Source: Chiloscyllium plagiosum (taxonomy: Eukaryota). Taken from it: a DNA stretch of 53,036 bases. The number at the start of each line of letters is the position of its first letter. The stretch's first letter is position 1. Positions 11,884 through 24,226 of the stretch are shown piece by piece. The position numbers were made by a program, and so were the translations under genes. The notes beneath the pieces were generated by a model. That model was not told the origin of the DNA, ran no database searches, and saw only the letters and a program-made list of their open reading frames with translations. The stretch lies in contig NC_057728.1 in the NCBI RefSeq assembly GCF_004010195.1, positions 50,479,804 through 50,532,839 of the forward strand. The letters are read 5' to 3'.

Positions 11884-13534
11884 TATTAGAGGTCTTATCA
11901 AGAGTTTTGGAAGAAATAAACCATGGTGGATTATAATCAGGATGCTCATTCTGGAAAATTAAAATATCAGTTTCCAGCTGTGTTGAGATTGAAGATTAAG
12001 CAGTACCATCCCTTCGCTGCCTCATTTCTGTTTTCTCTCACTCCCTCACCTACCCCACTGAGCTGCTTTAGCTCTTTATCTTTGCCAAATATTGAAAAAA
12101 CATTTGTGTTTTTATTACAAAATTAATACAAAATATTGTATCCACTTTACAATACAATAACAGCACTAATATAAAATTTTAAAACAGCCTACTAATCTAC
12201 TCTACAAACCACCAAAACACACAATAAAATATAGGAAAGAAGGCTCTAGATACTTAAAAATAAAACACAGTATTGTATATTACTAACAATAACCAAGAAA
12301 AAAAAGTAAATGAATCATTAAATAAATTTGCATTCAAAATAAAGTTATATCAAGTCATAACAAAACCCGTATTTATACGGGACTCTTCCTCCCGGGAGCC
12401 CCCGAACCAACCAGCACCGTCCTCACGGCTAAACAAAAGCCCTAAACACTATGGCCGATATATCTGCGTTGGTGTAGTTCAAAAGGGCTGCCATGTTCTA
12501 TAAAATAATTCCGTTTTTTGGTGCACCATATTCGTGAAGAATTCCAGTGGGATATATTTCATAATTGTTCTATGCCAATTTGAAAGTCATGGGGGACTTT
12601 TGGATACCCAACTTACTAAAATGTTTTTCCTCGCACAAAAGGAAAGGATAGTGAATAGTTTCTTCCCGTATGCATCTAGAGAGGGGAAATTTGGAAAGTG
12701 CAAAAGAAGAGACACTGAGTCCAACCCAATCTCCGTTTCCAAACTTTTTGCCAAGGAATTCGCTACGCTGTCCCAATATCTACGAATCTTATGGCATGTC
12801 CACAAACAATGAGTGAGAGTACCAACTTCTATTTTACATTTAGGTCACATTAGGGATGCTCCTGCTTTGAACTTTGTAAGTCGCTCTGGTGCCACATGAA
12901 CCCTATGAAGTATCTTCAATTGAATCGCCTGAGTTCTATTACAGATAGAGATCTTCCTGGCATTTTCCCAGATCTCTTCCCACATCTCTAAGGAGATTTC
13001 CATCCCTAATTCTTGACTCCAAGTTTTAAAAAATTGTTCCATGTCTTTCGATACCTTATTACCAAGCAAGTGGTAGTGAGTACTGACTGAGGGTGCACCC
13101 ATTGGCCGAAGCACACTCCTTTCCATATCTGATTTGTATAGATTAGTCATTAATGTGGTCTTTTTTGTATGAAATCTCGTACTTGAGAATATCGAAAAAG
13201 GTCCTCGCTGGGCAACCCGAACTTCTGACTCAACTTTTCGAAGGACATCATGACCTCCCCATTGAACAGACGTCCCAAACAGAAGATACCTCTGGACTCT
13301 CAGATTTTAAATCCAGCATCAGTCAGGCCCGGCTGAAATCCCAATGTTCCCACTATAGGGGTAGAAGGGGAGATTTTTTGTAAATTACCCTCATCATGTC
13401 TCATCATTCTCCAAGCTTTGATTGTATTTAATACAATTGGATTTTTACAATGATCCATAATAACTCTCATCTTGTCCCCTCATCAATCTGCTATTTATAA
13501 AGATTTTGCTTGGGAGGCCTCCATATCCAACCAG

Positions 13535-13740
13535 GGGAAAGTGAGGTCTGCAGATGCTGGAGATCAAAGTTGAAACTTTATTGCTGGAACAGCACAGCAG
13601 GTCAGGCAGCATCCAGGGAACAGGAGATTTGACGTTTCGGGCACAGGCCCTGAAGAAGGGCCTGTGCCCGAAACGTCGAATCTCCTGTTCCCTGGATGCT
13701 GCCTGACCTGCTGTGCTGTTCCAGCAATAAAGTTTCAACT
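13535..13740. mobile_element. Palindromic Penelope-like family 1 insertion inside L1 ORF2
   Basis: Arms 13568-13651 and 13657-13740 are reverse complements; TSD ccatatccaaccag at 13521-13534 and 13741-13754. Confidence 0.9.
13650..13677 (+). ncRNA. Minimal hammerhead-ribozyme-like core
   Basis: CTGAAGA-A-GGGC(ctgt)GCCC-GAAA-CGTC; 5' stem-I strand disrupted by the inversion junction. Confidence 0.65.
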
Positions 13741-15676
13741 CCATATCCAACCAGATTGATTGTGGGTCACAGTAGACCCAATCAGCCACGTATGATAACA
13801 GAGAACTCAGTTGGAATCTCCTGAAATCCAGAAAATCCAGACCTACCCTTACTTGTGGGAGCTGCAACTTGTCTAATTTAATAAGGGGCTGTGTATGACT
13901 CCAAATAAAGGAGCCAAGCCAACCATAGAGCTTACGCAGCCCCTATCCTGGCAACATCAAGGGGAGCATTCTCATAGGGTATAATAGGCGAGGTAGAATA
14001 TTCATCTTGACCAAAGCTACTCTTCCTAGCCAGGATATCGGGAGATCTTCCTAGCGTTGGAGGTCCTGCCTTGTTTTCTCTAAGTGTGTATAATTAGCTT
14101 TATGTAGCTGACCAAATACTGGAATAATAAAATACCGAAATAAAGAGAGCCTCCCAGTGACCACCGAAAGGGGAAGCGGGATTCATCCGGAAAATTGGAT
14201 ATGCTGGTAAGACTTCCCAGCAGCATGGCCTCTGATTTCATAAAATTAATTTTGTAACCTGAGAACATATCAAATAAGTTATCCAGTTGAATTAGGCGGG
14301 GCACTGATGTCAATGGATCATCTAAGAAAAGACAGATGCTCTCCACATAGAGAGTGGTTTTATGCTTACCCAATCCTAACTCCTGGGCCGTTATATTGGG
14401 GTCAGTTCATATAGCTTCTGCCAAAGGCTGAATCACTAGTGTAAATAGTAGTGCTGAGAGAAGGTGAGAAGTTACCCTGACTTTGTGAGTAATTATACAT
14501 ATCTATAAGTGGGCTGGCCAATTCGTCTATATATTCTTTATAGAGCTCAGCCTGGAATCCGTCTGCTCCGGGTGCTTTACCGCTCTGGAGTTGCCTTCTT
14601 ACCTCCTGGACTTCCTGGGTTGTCAGCGGGAGCGTTCAAAAGCGGCACCTGCTCCAAGGTTAGGCCTGAGAGGGCCAGATTTTTTAAAAAGACTCCATCT
14701 TCCTCGCTCTATCCTCACAGCCCTCAAACTTTTACAATTCGAAATAGAACTTTCTAAAGGCTGCATTAATCTTTCTAGGATAACAAGTCAGAGTACCAGC
14801 ATCCCCTCTAATAGACGTATTGGATTGGGGAGCCTTTGTTTCTGGCAAGGTATGCTAGATACCTGCCCAGCTTATCACCATATCCAAATAATCTCTGCTT
14901 TGCAAATAGTATCTCAAAATCTTATATTCCTCTCCATATATTAAGGCTTTAAGTAATATATACCGTCCGGACTCATCTTTTATCTGGCTTAACATCATGA
15001 AGGGAAGATTCTTCCGGATAAGAATGGCCACTCTTCTACCTTTTAAGCTAAAAACTGAAAAGAACACCTGGCCAAATCCACCCTGTTGCAGCTTCGAATG
15101 CTCCTTATCAAGTAGATATGTCTCCTGTAGAAGGGCTACATCAACCCTCTCTTTTTTTAAAAACTTGATAATATCTTTTTCCTTTTAATTGGCGAGTGGC
15201 TCCCCTTGACATTCCACGTGCACCATTTAAACGAATGACTAGCCATGCTCGTTCAAGCAAGTCCGAGACCCCCAGAAGGAAGAACCCCACTCAAAAGGCA
15301 TTGAGTAGAGACCATAAGCAATTCACGCATAAAAACAACTAAATCAAATCAACAGCTAAGAACTACTCCTAAAAAAGATAACATAAGACAAAATTAAAAG
15401 GAGGGACTTTCCCCCTTGTCTTAAGGAGGCACTCCTACCTTCCAGTAATCCCACCATAACACCTCCCAGCTGAAGCCATGCCCTTGGCCCAGACATTACA
15501 AATTAAGATAAACAATTGCCAATATCTTATAATACAAGAATTAAAGATGGGTGACCAACCCACTCCCTCCTCATTATTTCCTAGGCACTCTTAACAAAAA
15601 AAACAACATCAAATATATAAAATTTCAGTCACAGCAAATATTAAGGAACAAAAAACAACTCCGAAACATCCAGGCA

Positions 15677-16089
15677 GAAGTGAGGACTGCAGATGCTGGA
15701 AACCAGAGTTTAGATTAGAGTAGTGCTGGAAAAGCACAGCAGGTCAGGCAGCATCTGAGGAGCAGGAAAGTTGACGTTTCGGGCAAAAGCCCTTCATCAG
15801 GAATGGAGGCACGGATCCTCCAGGGTGGAGAGATAAGTTGGGGGGGGGGGAGGTGCTGGGGAGAAGGTAGCAAAGAGTACAGTAGGTTATTGGGGGTGGG
15901 GATGGAGGTGATAGGTCAGAGAGGAGGGTGGGGGAAGGTAGCAAAGAGCACAATAGGTGAATGGGGGTGAAGATGAAGGTGTTAGGTCAGAGAGGAGGGT
16001 GGAACGGATAGGTGGGAAGAGAGATTTTCCTGCTCCTCGGATGCTGCCTGACCTCCTGTGCTTTACCAGCACCACTCTAATCTAAACTC
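15677..16089 (-). mobile_element. Penelope-like family 1 fragment with inverted terminal copy, in L1 inter-ORF region
   Basis: 15706-15770 is mirrored at 16026-16089; internal ~70-bp G-rich tandem duplication (about 15861-16001). Confidence 0.85.
15773..15803 (-). ncRNA. Minimal hammerhead-ribozyme-like core
   Basis: Minus strand ttc-CTGATGA-A-GGGC(tttt)GCCC-GAAA-CGTC. Confidence 0.7.
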
Positions 16090-18522
16090 AGACACATGCC
16101 CCAACAATCGAATAAACCGAGCAAGTTATACATAAGAGTCAAAAGAAAGAACCCCCCCCCCCCACACACACACACACACTGATCCAAAGTTATACACAGA
16201 TCCTCCATGACTGAAGTGCAGTGTTGCTGGGTATCGCATAGAATATTGTCTATTTAAATCCCTCAGACACTTCTTTACCTCGTCATACGCCTTCCTCTTG
16301 CGAACTACAATTGGAGAGAAGTCCTGGAACAGCATTATTTTAGAACCCTTGTATACCATGGCTTGGGGATCCTTCCCCATGATTCTGCAGACCTCCAGCA
16401 GCATGTGTTTATCCCCTGTAGTGCTGAAGTCGAACTAGGACCGGGCAGGGAGCTGGTGCGACCCCAGCCTGCGCACAGCAACCCGATGGGACCGCTTAAT
16501 CTGCACCCGGCCCAGTTCAGACTCTAGCTTCAACAGCTGTGGGAATTGTTGCCCCTAAAAATCCATAAGCTGGTCTTCCTCCTCCCATTCAGGAGGCCCA
16601 GTAACCAGATATTTTTCTGATGACCTCTGACCTGTCCCATGGAGGATTCAGCAGTGGTCTCAGAGGCCGCAGCATGTTGCTCTGTACCTCCAACACGCTG
16701 CCAGAGTTTCTCAATCTATTGGTTCTACAACATGACTGAGATCAACTCCTACCTGGACTGGGTTTCTTCAATCGACATGTCGATGTTCTCTCGGAGCTAT
16801 CACAAACTCAGTGATCCGGCTCGCATCTGCATGTAAGTCCCCCTCTGTTATTTGGGGGGGTCTGGCTGTTGCGAGCTCAGTGATCCTTTACCTTTGGTCA
16901 TTTTAAAATGTATCAAACTGCTAAGTTTAATGCAGAATAACCAAAGTTGCTGGGGAAGAGGCTATTTTTCGTAGTTTGGAAAGTGAGGGGAGGATAGGTA
17001 CCCCATTTTGCCTTGGTCTTGGGCAGAGCTCAACAGACTCAGACCTACTGGTCTTCGCCATCTTAAATCTCTTGCCTAATTTCTTTTATTGTCCTATGAC
17101 CTGTTTGCCTTTCTGCATCTTGGTAGCATTGCCCTCTTCTCCTTCATTGTGGCATCTATTTGCTGATTTCCCTGTGCCGAGCTGTGAAATAGGCATAGGC
17201 ACAGAATGGCAGTAGGCCTAGGAAGACAAATAGCAATAAGAAATCTAGGTAAGCATTGGTAGAAATAGACAGACAAGGCCTTGAAAGCACAGCAGGAAGT
17301 GGGGATCTGCAGGGAGGACAATGATGGAAGCAGTGGAAAGTGTGCAATTATTGCCTATGGTGGCTTGGCATTAGTGGAAAATGCACAAGAAGGGCCAATT
17401 GAGGCTGTAGGCAGAGGAGTGGACCAGTATAGGGAGCAGGCTGAAGTGGAGCATAAAGTAAAATTTCTTTAATTATACAAGAAATGTAGTGTGGGAGCAT
17501 GCTTCCTCACAAAGTAGAAACATAATTAATGAGACTACCCTTCACATTACCTGGGAAAGAAAGCTTGGACAAACAGTGCCATCTAACATTTGATGCCTGA
17601 AGAATGATTATGATGGTTACTCAAGAAAGAAGAATCTATAGGTAACCCTTATTGAAGATAAATGCATATCTGAAAAGAACATTTGTGCAGCTAGTTCCAA
17701 GCGTCCTTTCTTCCTTCCATTCAAGCATTGTGCGTTTATGCTTGGGCACGAAGGTTAGTAAGTTTGAGAAATCTGGCATATTTTGCCTACCTTTTCATTG
17801 AGAATCTTTGTGTATTGTGAATGGAAATATTAAATGCAGAAGTAAATGGACTGTGCAACATTCAATTGAACCCAGTTGGAGTGCCTTCATGCACAAAGTG
17901 TTTACATATCGGAACGTCCTACTTTGTGGCAATTTTATAATCGCATTCTTTATTTTTTAGACAGGACTAATCCTGGGAAATAATAAGTGTTTGCATAGAT
18001 TGTGCTGTTCTTACACTTGAAATGCCAGAATCCTCTGAAATTTTGTGCGTTGCACGGCAGTAGGAACTCTGTATTTGCACAGCTGATGTAATCTAATTAA
18101 CATATCCCAAAGTATTAAGGTACTCTTCCCATGCCTTTATGCTTCAGCTTGCCACGGGATCCATTCTAACTTCCCCAGTTAATGTATCTCAACCCTATCA
18201 TTTTAGTTCTATTTGTACAAGAGCAGTTTGTGGCAAAGTTTAGGCAGGAAATTCAAAGTTGACTAACAAGTCAGTCAATGCTTTATGTAGAATAAGTTTG
18301 GCTGAATTTGTGCCTGACGTTTTAAAATCATTTTGTTTTACATAATCGAAAGACAATAATATTTGTACGCTGCTAATAGTTCAATAATTATATTTGTATG
18401 CTATATTGGAGATCTTTAAAAGTATTTTGAATTTTGTATTTACAATTTTCCAGCTGCATTACTCTGAATAACTATGGTCAGTTGATTGTATGTGTAAATT
18501 GAAACTTTGTTTTTTGTTTTAG

Positions 18523-18615
18523 GGGTTATTTCAAGAAGTTAATGATCTAAGAGTAAAAGTGGTTGAAATGGAAAGTGAAAAAAATCAGTTTGAAAAGAAA
18601 CTGAAATCAACCAAG
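18523..18615 (+). CDS. PPFIBP1: Liprin-beta-1 coding exon (GLFQEVNDLRVKVVEMESEKNQFEKKLKSTK), 93 nt, phase 0-0
   Basis: tttgttttag| ... |gtgaga; resembles recalled human GLIQEINDLRLKVSEMDSERLQYEKKLKSTK. Confidence 0.95.
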
Positions 18616-19035
18616 GTGAGAAGATGGATGAAATTTAATTATATTAAATTTAATTCTGTGCTATCGGGGGAAACATTTGAATTGGTTCACCCTGGGGTAG
18701 GAAATGTGACTTTTCATTTTAAGACACAGTCCACCTGCCTCTTTCTCAGGCCCCACCTGCACATAACAGTATTTTCCTTTCCTAGCCATGAACCTCTGTT
18801 GATAAGACAGCAAATAACTGTTCCGTGCACTACCAGTACTGGTATAGGTGAGTCCATGATGAGGTGCAAAAAGAAAATCTTGCATGGGTTGTATTTCAAA
18901 GATTCTCCACTTCTATGCATTGTAGTTGCTGCATTTTGAAGAATGCCTACTACTTGAGACTGGAAATCCACATTCCCAATCCTTAAATTTGGATTACAAG
19001 TATATTTAATGTTTACTAAGGTGTTATATTTACAG

Positions 19036-19385
19036 GGAGTGGTAGTGGTAATGTCATTGGATTAGTATTACAGAACGCCAGGTTAATGTTCTGGGGTCAA
19101 GCTTCAAATCCGATCATAGCAGATGGTAAAATTTGAATTCAATGAAAATTTGGAATAAAAAGCCAGCCTAAGGGTGACTGTCAATTATCATTAAAAGTAC
19201 ATTTGGTTCACTAATGTTGTATAGGGAAGGAAATCTGGCATCCTTACCTGATCTGGCCCATGTGATTCCATACCCACTCCAATGTTGTTGACTCCTAACT
19301 GCCCTGTGGGTAATTGAGGATGGGGAATAGATGCTGCCCTAGCCACCAGTGCCTAAATCCTTTGAAATTAAGCAAATAAAAAAAA
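19036..19385 (+). mobile_element. Deu-domain SINE (SacSINE1-like), diverged
   Basis: ttcactaatg..tagggaaggaaatctggcatccttacctgatctggcc..ttgactcctaactgccct central domain plus LINE-derived tail. Confidence 0.75.
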
Positions 19386-21004
19386 CCTCAGTGTTATCTG
19401 TAACATGATAGAGCTATCAGAATCCAAGCCTGTAAATTGCATGTTTATACACAGTGACATTTGCAGATAAAAGGAAATTAATTGAGGCTTATCCTTCCGT
19501 CATCTGCACTGGATTATTCCAGTTTTGGAAATGATGGATGGGGTGAGTTTGAATTATCATGTGCTTCCTTTTCTGAAGTCAACACTGGATACTACAAAAG
19601 TATAAGCAGTTTTTCCATTTTACTAGCATCTTGTACCTTTAAAATGTTTCTTTGCAAACTTTGAACATTTGAGAGTAACAGTCACTAAATAATTATATGC
19701 TAAACAGGAACATGAAGTTGCTGGAAACATTTACAAGACAATTCACAACTATTAATAAGCTTAATTTGGTTGTACTTATTGAATGTGTTATTTATATTGG
19801 GTGAACTGTGTGTTTATTTTCCTTTATATATTGGGGTTGTTTTTTTCTGTATGTCATCTAAACCACAAGACAATGAAACTGAACGACTGTTGTGCATAGT
19901 GAGGCTTGTCTTTGTAGGAAATGGGAAAACTTCACTTTAGGTGTCAATGCTCTACTTTGAACTCAGTCAGTTTTTGGGTCCTGTAGTCATTCTGTTTGAG
20001 TACAGAATTGCACCATCTGGTGGTGATCATCCTAGTTTCCATAGGTTACTAGGTTATCTTCAGAAATGTCATTGAAGTAACAAACACGCAGAGGATAATA
20101 TGGAATGAATGATGCGAGACAATTTAGTTGGTCCACATAGATGTTAGTATAGAAATTAACGATATTCTTAGAGGGTTGATTGTACATTAAGGGTTATGGA
20201 TGTTTTGAGCTTACCAATGTATACTCATTCCAACTGTAGAATCTTTGTGCCTGTGTTCCTGTATGTATCATTGAGTTAGGGCAGGCTTTAAAATTCGGTT
20301 TTATGCTGCAATAATTCAGTATCAGTGTGGGTTAAAACCATTTCACACTATTTCTTAATGTCCTCCAATGGCAACATGCACATCATTGAGTAGCATCATG
20401 AGTCTAAGGTTTCAACTCCATAACCCTTCTCTGCAATGGGAAGTTTCTTGGCCAAAACTGGATGAGATATAGCTGTTTGTAAGCTGGAATCTGATATGTA
20501 AGCAATCTGCTCTTGATTTAAATTACTTTCCCTGCATGTTGATTTGGTGGAAAACATCTTGGCTCTTCAAATGGCATCTATTAGTCCAGGTGAAATCCAG
20601 TTTACAAATGTGGAAGGTCAAACCCTAGTGCAGAAAGATGGCTCGTTATTTCTCATCTAATTCCTTGCAAATAGTTGAGTGAGTGCTAATAATACTTTGC
20701 TTTATACGCTGGAAAAAAATGTAATCGTTAACTGAAATTAACTTGATATTCGCCAGAAAATTTTTTACCCATGTTATTAAATCCAAGAGTGTTAGTATGT
20801 TAACTCTCTAAATAACTTGAAACGGCGGGGAGGTGACATTCTTGTGCTTGAACCTTTGAATGATAACATGCTTGTGTAACTATTTAAAGAATTACAGCTC
20901 TGAAAATAGTGGCAAGATGTTTATGAATAGTACTCCTCTGCTACTCTAGCTTTGCCTCTTTCAGCCTCTAGCTTTCTATTTTTGTATTCCTTCATCTCTA
21001 CCAG

Positions 21005-21097
21005 TCATTAATGGCTAAGCTCTCTAGCCTGAAAATCAAGGTTGGTCAGATGCAGTACGAGAAGCAGCGAATGGAGCAAAAATCTCAAGCATTAAAG
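21005..21097 (+). CDS. PPFIBP1: Liprin-beta-1 coding exon (SLMAKLSSLKIKVGQMQYEKQRMEQKSQALK), 93 nt, phase 0-0
   Basis: ctctaccag| ... |gtgtgg; near-identical to recalled human SLMAKLSSMKIKVGQMQYEKQRMEQK, which favours beta-1 over beta-2. Confidence 0.95.
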
Positions 21098-21640
21098 GTG
21101 TGGTGGGATTTGGCTTACCGGTAAAACTGTGCTCTAACTTCTGTCTGAACTGTTTCTGTGTGCTAATGTGACCATATACGTGTGTCTGTGAAAAAGATTA
21201 ATGCAAAAACAAATCATCAATTAAAATAATCTTTGCATGGAATTTTGTTTTCCTCTATCTGTATTTTTGCACAGCTTTGTTTTCTCATAGTATCTCCAGG
21301 TTTTCTTTTCCAAAAAAGAAGTAATGTGAGCATATAGTGGCAAATATGGAATTTGCAATCCCTGTTCTGACACCAGTCTTTTCCAGCATGCGTTGCTTTT
21401 AATTTGTTACAGTTTATATTTGTAAAGTTTAAACAAAAGCTGGTAGAACTCTTTGTTAAGCTTCACCTGTGATTCTGTCAAACAACTTGCATAATGTCTG
21501 TACATTTTTATATTCTTCATGATCTACATTCAATCTGCTTGCATGTATTAGTGTTATTTTCAAAATTATAATAATCTTGCAAAAGTATTTTGATTTTTAT
21601 GAGTAACCTATACTGGTGGTAAAATGTATTATTACATGAA

Positions 21641-21903
21641 TTAGAACCAGAGATATACAGCATGGAAACAGACCCTTCAGTCCAATGCGTCCATGCTGAC
21701 CAGATATCCTAAATTAACTTGGTGTCATTTGCCAGCACATGGCCCATATCCATCCTAAACCCTTCCTATTCATATACCCATCCAGATGTCTTTTTGATGT
21801 TTTAATTGTACCAGCTTTCCCCACTTCCTCTGGCAGCTCTTCCCATACACACACCATCCTTGGCATGAAAAAGTTGCCCCTTAAGTCCCTTTTAAATCTT
21901 TCC
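21641..21903 (-). mobile_element. CR1 LINE extreme 3' end
   Basis: ORF 21714..21911(-) RFKRDLRGNFF..RHLDGYMNRKG plus 3' UTR. Confidence 0.9.
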
Positions 21904-23537
21904 AAGGTCATTTAGTTTTAAAATGTACAGCAGATGGATGGCAAGAATTTGTTGACATAAATATTTATTCCTAGATGAATCATCCTCTGTTACAAATTTT
22001 TGTTTTACACTATGCATTGTTTTTAAATGAACCATTATGTTGCACAATCTTCTAATTAATCAGGTTTGTCTTTTTCTAAAAGTCAAACTATTATGCTATT
22101 AAATGTCAGGCAAGAATTAGTGATCTTTAACACCATCTGTACTTAGGAGTGGGTAATAAATTTTAGCATTGCTTGTGATGCCCATAAATGTCTTTAAAAA
22201 GTACAAGGAAGTGTTTAAGAAAACTGAAAGGAAATGTATTTATTTGAGCTATTGCTTGGATACCTTTTAGCTAATACATCTGTATGGATAAAACATAAGA
22301 ATGTGAATGGAAAAGCGAGGGGTGGGGTGATGGGGACCACCTCTGTTTGTGAGCAGCCAGGCATTGTGCTCTGGACTTAATATTGAGTTTGAAACATTAC
22401 AGTTGTCTTGATTTAATATTGAGTTCAACACCTTCGGATTGTGAACCCACTCCTATTGTCTCCTTGTCTTTGTTTTACTTGGATTCTCTGTCAGCATGTC
22501 CTCCAGTAGGAAATATTAGAAGCTCCAGTTCTATGATCTGGAGAAGCTGGTCAAGGATACAAGCTGGTCAGTGTGCAAACTATATAGCTAAGTTGCACAA
22601 TAGTTTCTATCAGCATAAGTGAGGGCAGAAACGTTAGAGGGCATGAGTTTGTTGGTGAAAAATTGTTGCGAGAGATTTATTGAAAAGTGAACATTTGGCA
22701 TATTCTGCCAAACGAATAGCGAAATCAAATACAAGATGTGTCCAAAATACATGAGTGTTCTAATATTGACTGTGTAGTAGTGGATTGCATTGATTTCTTC
22801 TCTTGGAGTATTTTTCATTTTGACTTTAAATAATCTGAATTCTTAGTTACTGGGAAAAGTAGTGAATAATAAATTCTCTTACTCAACTGAGTGCATGGTA
22901 TCAGTACCACAGATATTTTTGAGTTTTGAGTTAACCCTGCTTGACATAAAGTGTAAATCGGTCATATAGTGTAAGCTATAATAGTGTTGGCCAAAATCCA
23001 CTTCTTAGGAAAAGTATGTATTTGGCATTTGAACCTATATTTCTGCAATATTTGTGTAGCATTATCCTGAGATTTTGATGCAAGTGACCTTCTAAATTTT
23101 TATTTTGAAGCAGAAGTGTGGTTAAATGTTAACTCCTAATCAAAGAAATAGTTTATCTAACACTATGATAAAATTCTTGGTTATGTCTAAGGTGGAGAAG
23201 AGAGAAACTGAAGAATGACCACCATTAACTTACTCCAATTATATTGCTATCAGCTAATGATGACTGGCATTAAATAAAATACCATCAGAGCCTCTGCTCT
23301 GAAATATCCCACTCAGAAGTTGAGAATAATCTTTGAGCAATAGAAATACATTTTCCATCATTAATATTAGTCAAATTCAAGATAAATCTTGTTTGTAGCT
23401 TGTGCTATTCATGAACCCATTGTTCCAATGTGAAGAAAAGTTCAGAGTACTTGTAAACCACCTAAAAGATCATAATTATCTATTCCTTTATACATTGCAA
23501 ATACTGCTTAAGGCATTATACTTTTACTACAATGTAG

Positions 23538-23649
23538 GATGAGCTGGTGCAACTGAAGGAACAGTTGGAACAGAAAGAAGCTGAGATCAAGAGGCTATGT
23601 TCTGAAATGAGTTTCAAAACTGAGATGGATGAAAGTGACAATGGGGCAG
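23538..23649 (+). CDS. PPFIBP1: Liprin-beta-1 coding exon (DELVQLKEQLEQKEAEIKRLCSEMSFKTEMDESDNGA+1 nt), 112 nt, phase 0-1
   Basis: aatgtag| ... CAG|gtaaga; resembles recalled human DELASLKEQLEEKESEVKRL. Confidence 0.93.
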
Positions 23650-24226
23650 GTAAGAGGCATAATTCTATCATGTGTGCAAAAACTTTGCCTTTCTCTAACT
23701 TGAATAGAAGATTTTAAAGCCCAGCATGCCACCTTAAATTCATTTGTTTTTGGTGTATGTTTTAATTCAAGCTTGTGATCTGGGTGTCACTGATAACATC
23801 CTAATTTTGTTACTTAATATATAGAGGTCTTGTGTAGGGCATGCAGTTCTTGTTCAAACTTTCTTCCTGCCATTTTCCTGATTTTTGGACACTTAAAATT
23901 TATCACAGGATACTGGACTGATTTTTTTTCCCATTAAATTTTGCCAACTTTTTATCTGTCTCATCTTTATTTAGTCCATTTAAGTTGATTTTCGAGGTGT
24001 TTTGCCCAGTATCCCCAAAGATTTGTGGTTGAGAATTGGCCTTTGGTTACATGTTACCCATGGCAGAAACCTGTGATTTGAATATATATTCTTCTTGAAT
24101 TGAGACACAACTAGTGACAGAATGTTATAAAGACCTATGTCGTGAAATCATCAAAAATTTGTGCAATAAAAAGAGGCCACTTACCCCATCATCTGCTTGC
24201 TGAAAAACTATTGAAACTTGCATAGT

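Larger units (their letters stand above)
12106..17068 (-). mobile_element. L1-clade LINE, both ends present, internally deleted and dead
   Basis: 5' end aagatggcg (17056-17064); ORF1 from ATG 16901 with KIMLFQDFS..RYPATL; ORF2 pieces TWNVKG..LQET (about 15110-15230), GKAPGADGF (about 14555-14585), SGYKIN, KMNILPRLLY, IQLKILHR, HCLWTC; AATAAA near 12110. Confidence 0.92.

Noticed and set aside
22445..22590. Strong pyrimidine tract + tcag acceptor in the phase-0 intron
   Set aside because: In-frame TAG after four codons and no convincing donor; cannot support an exon.
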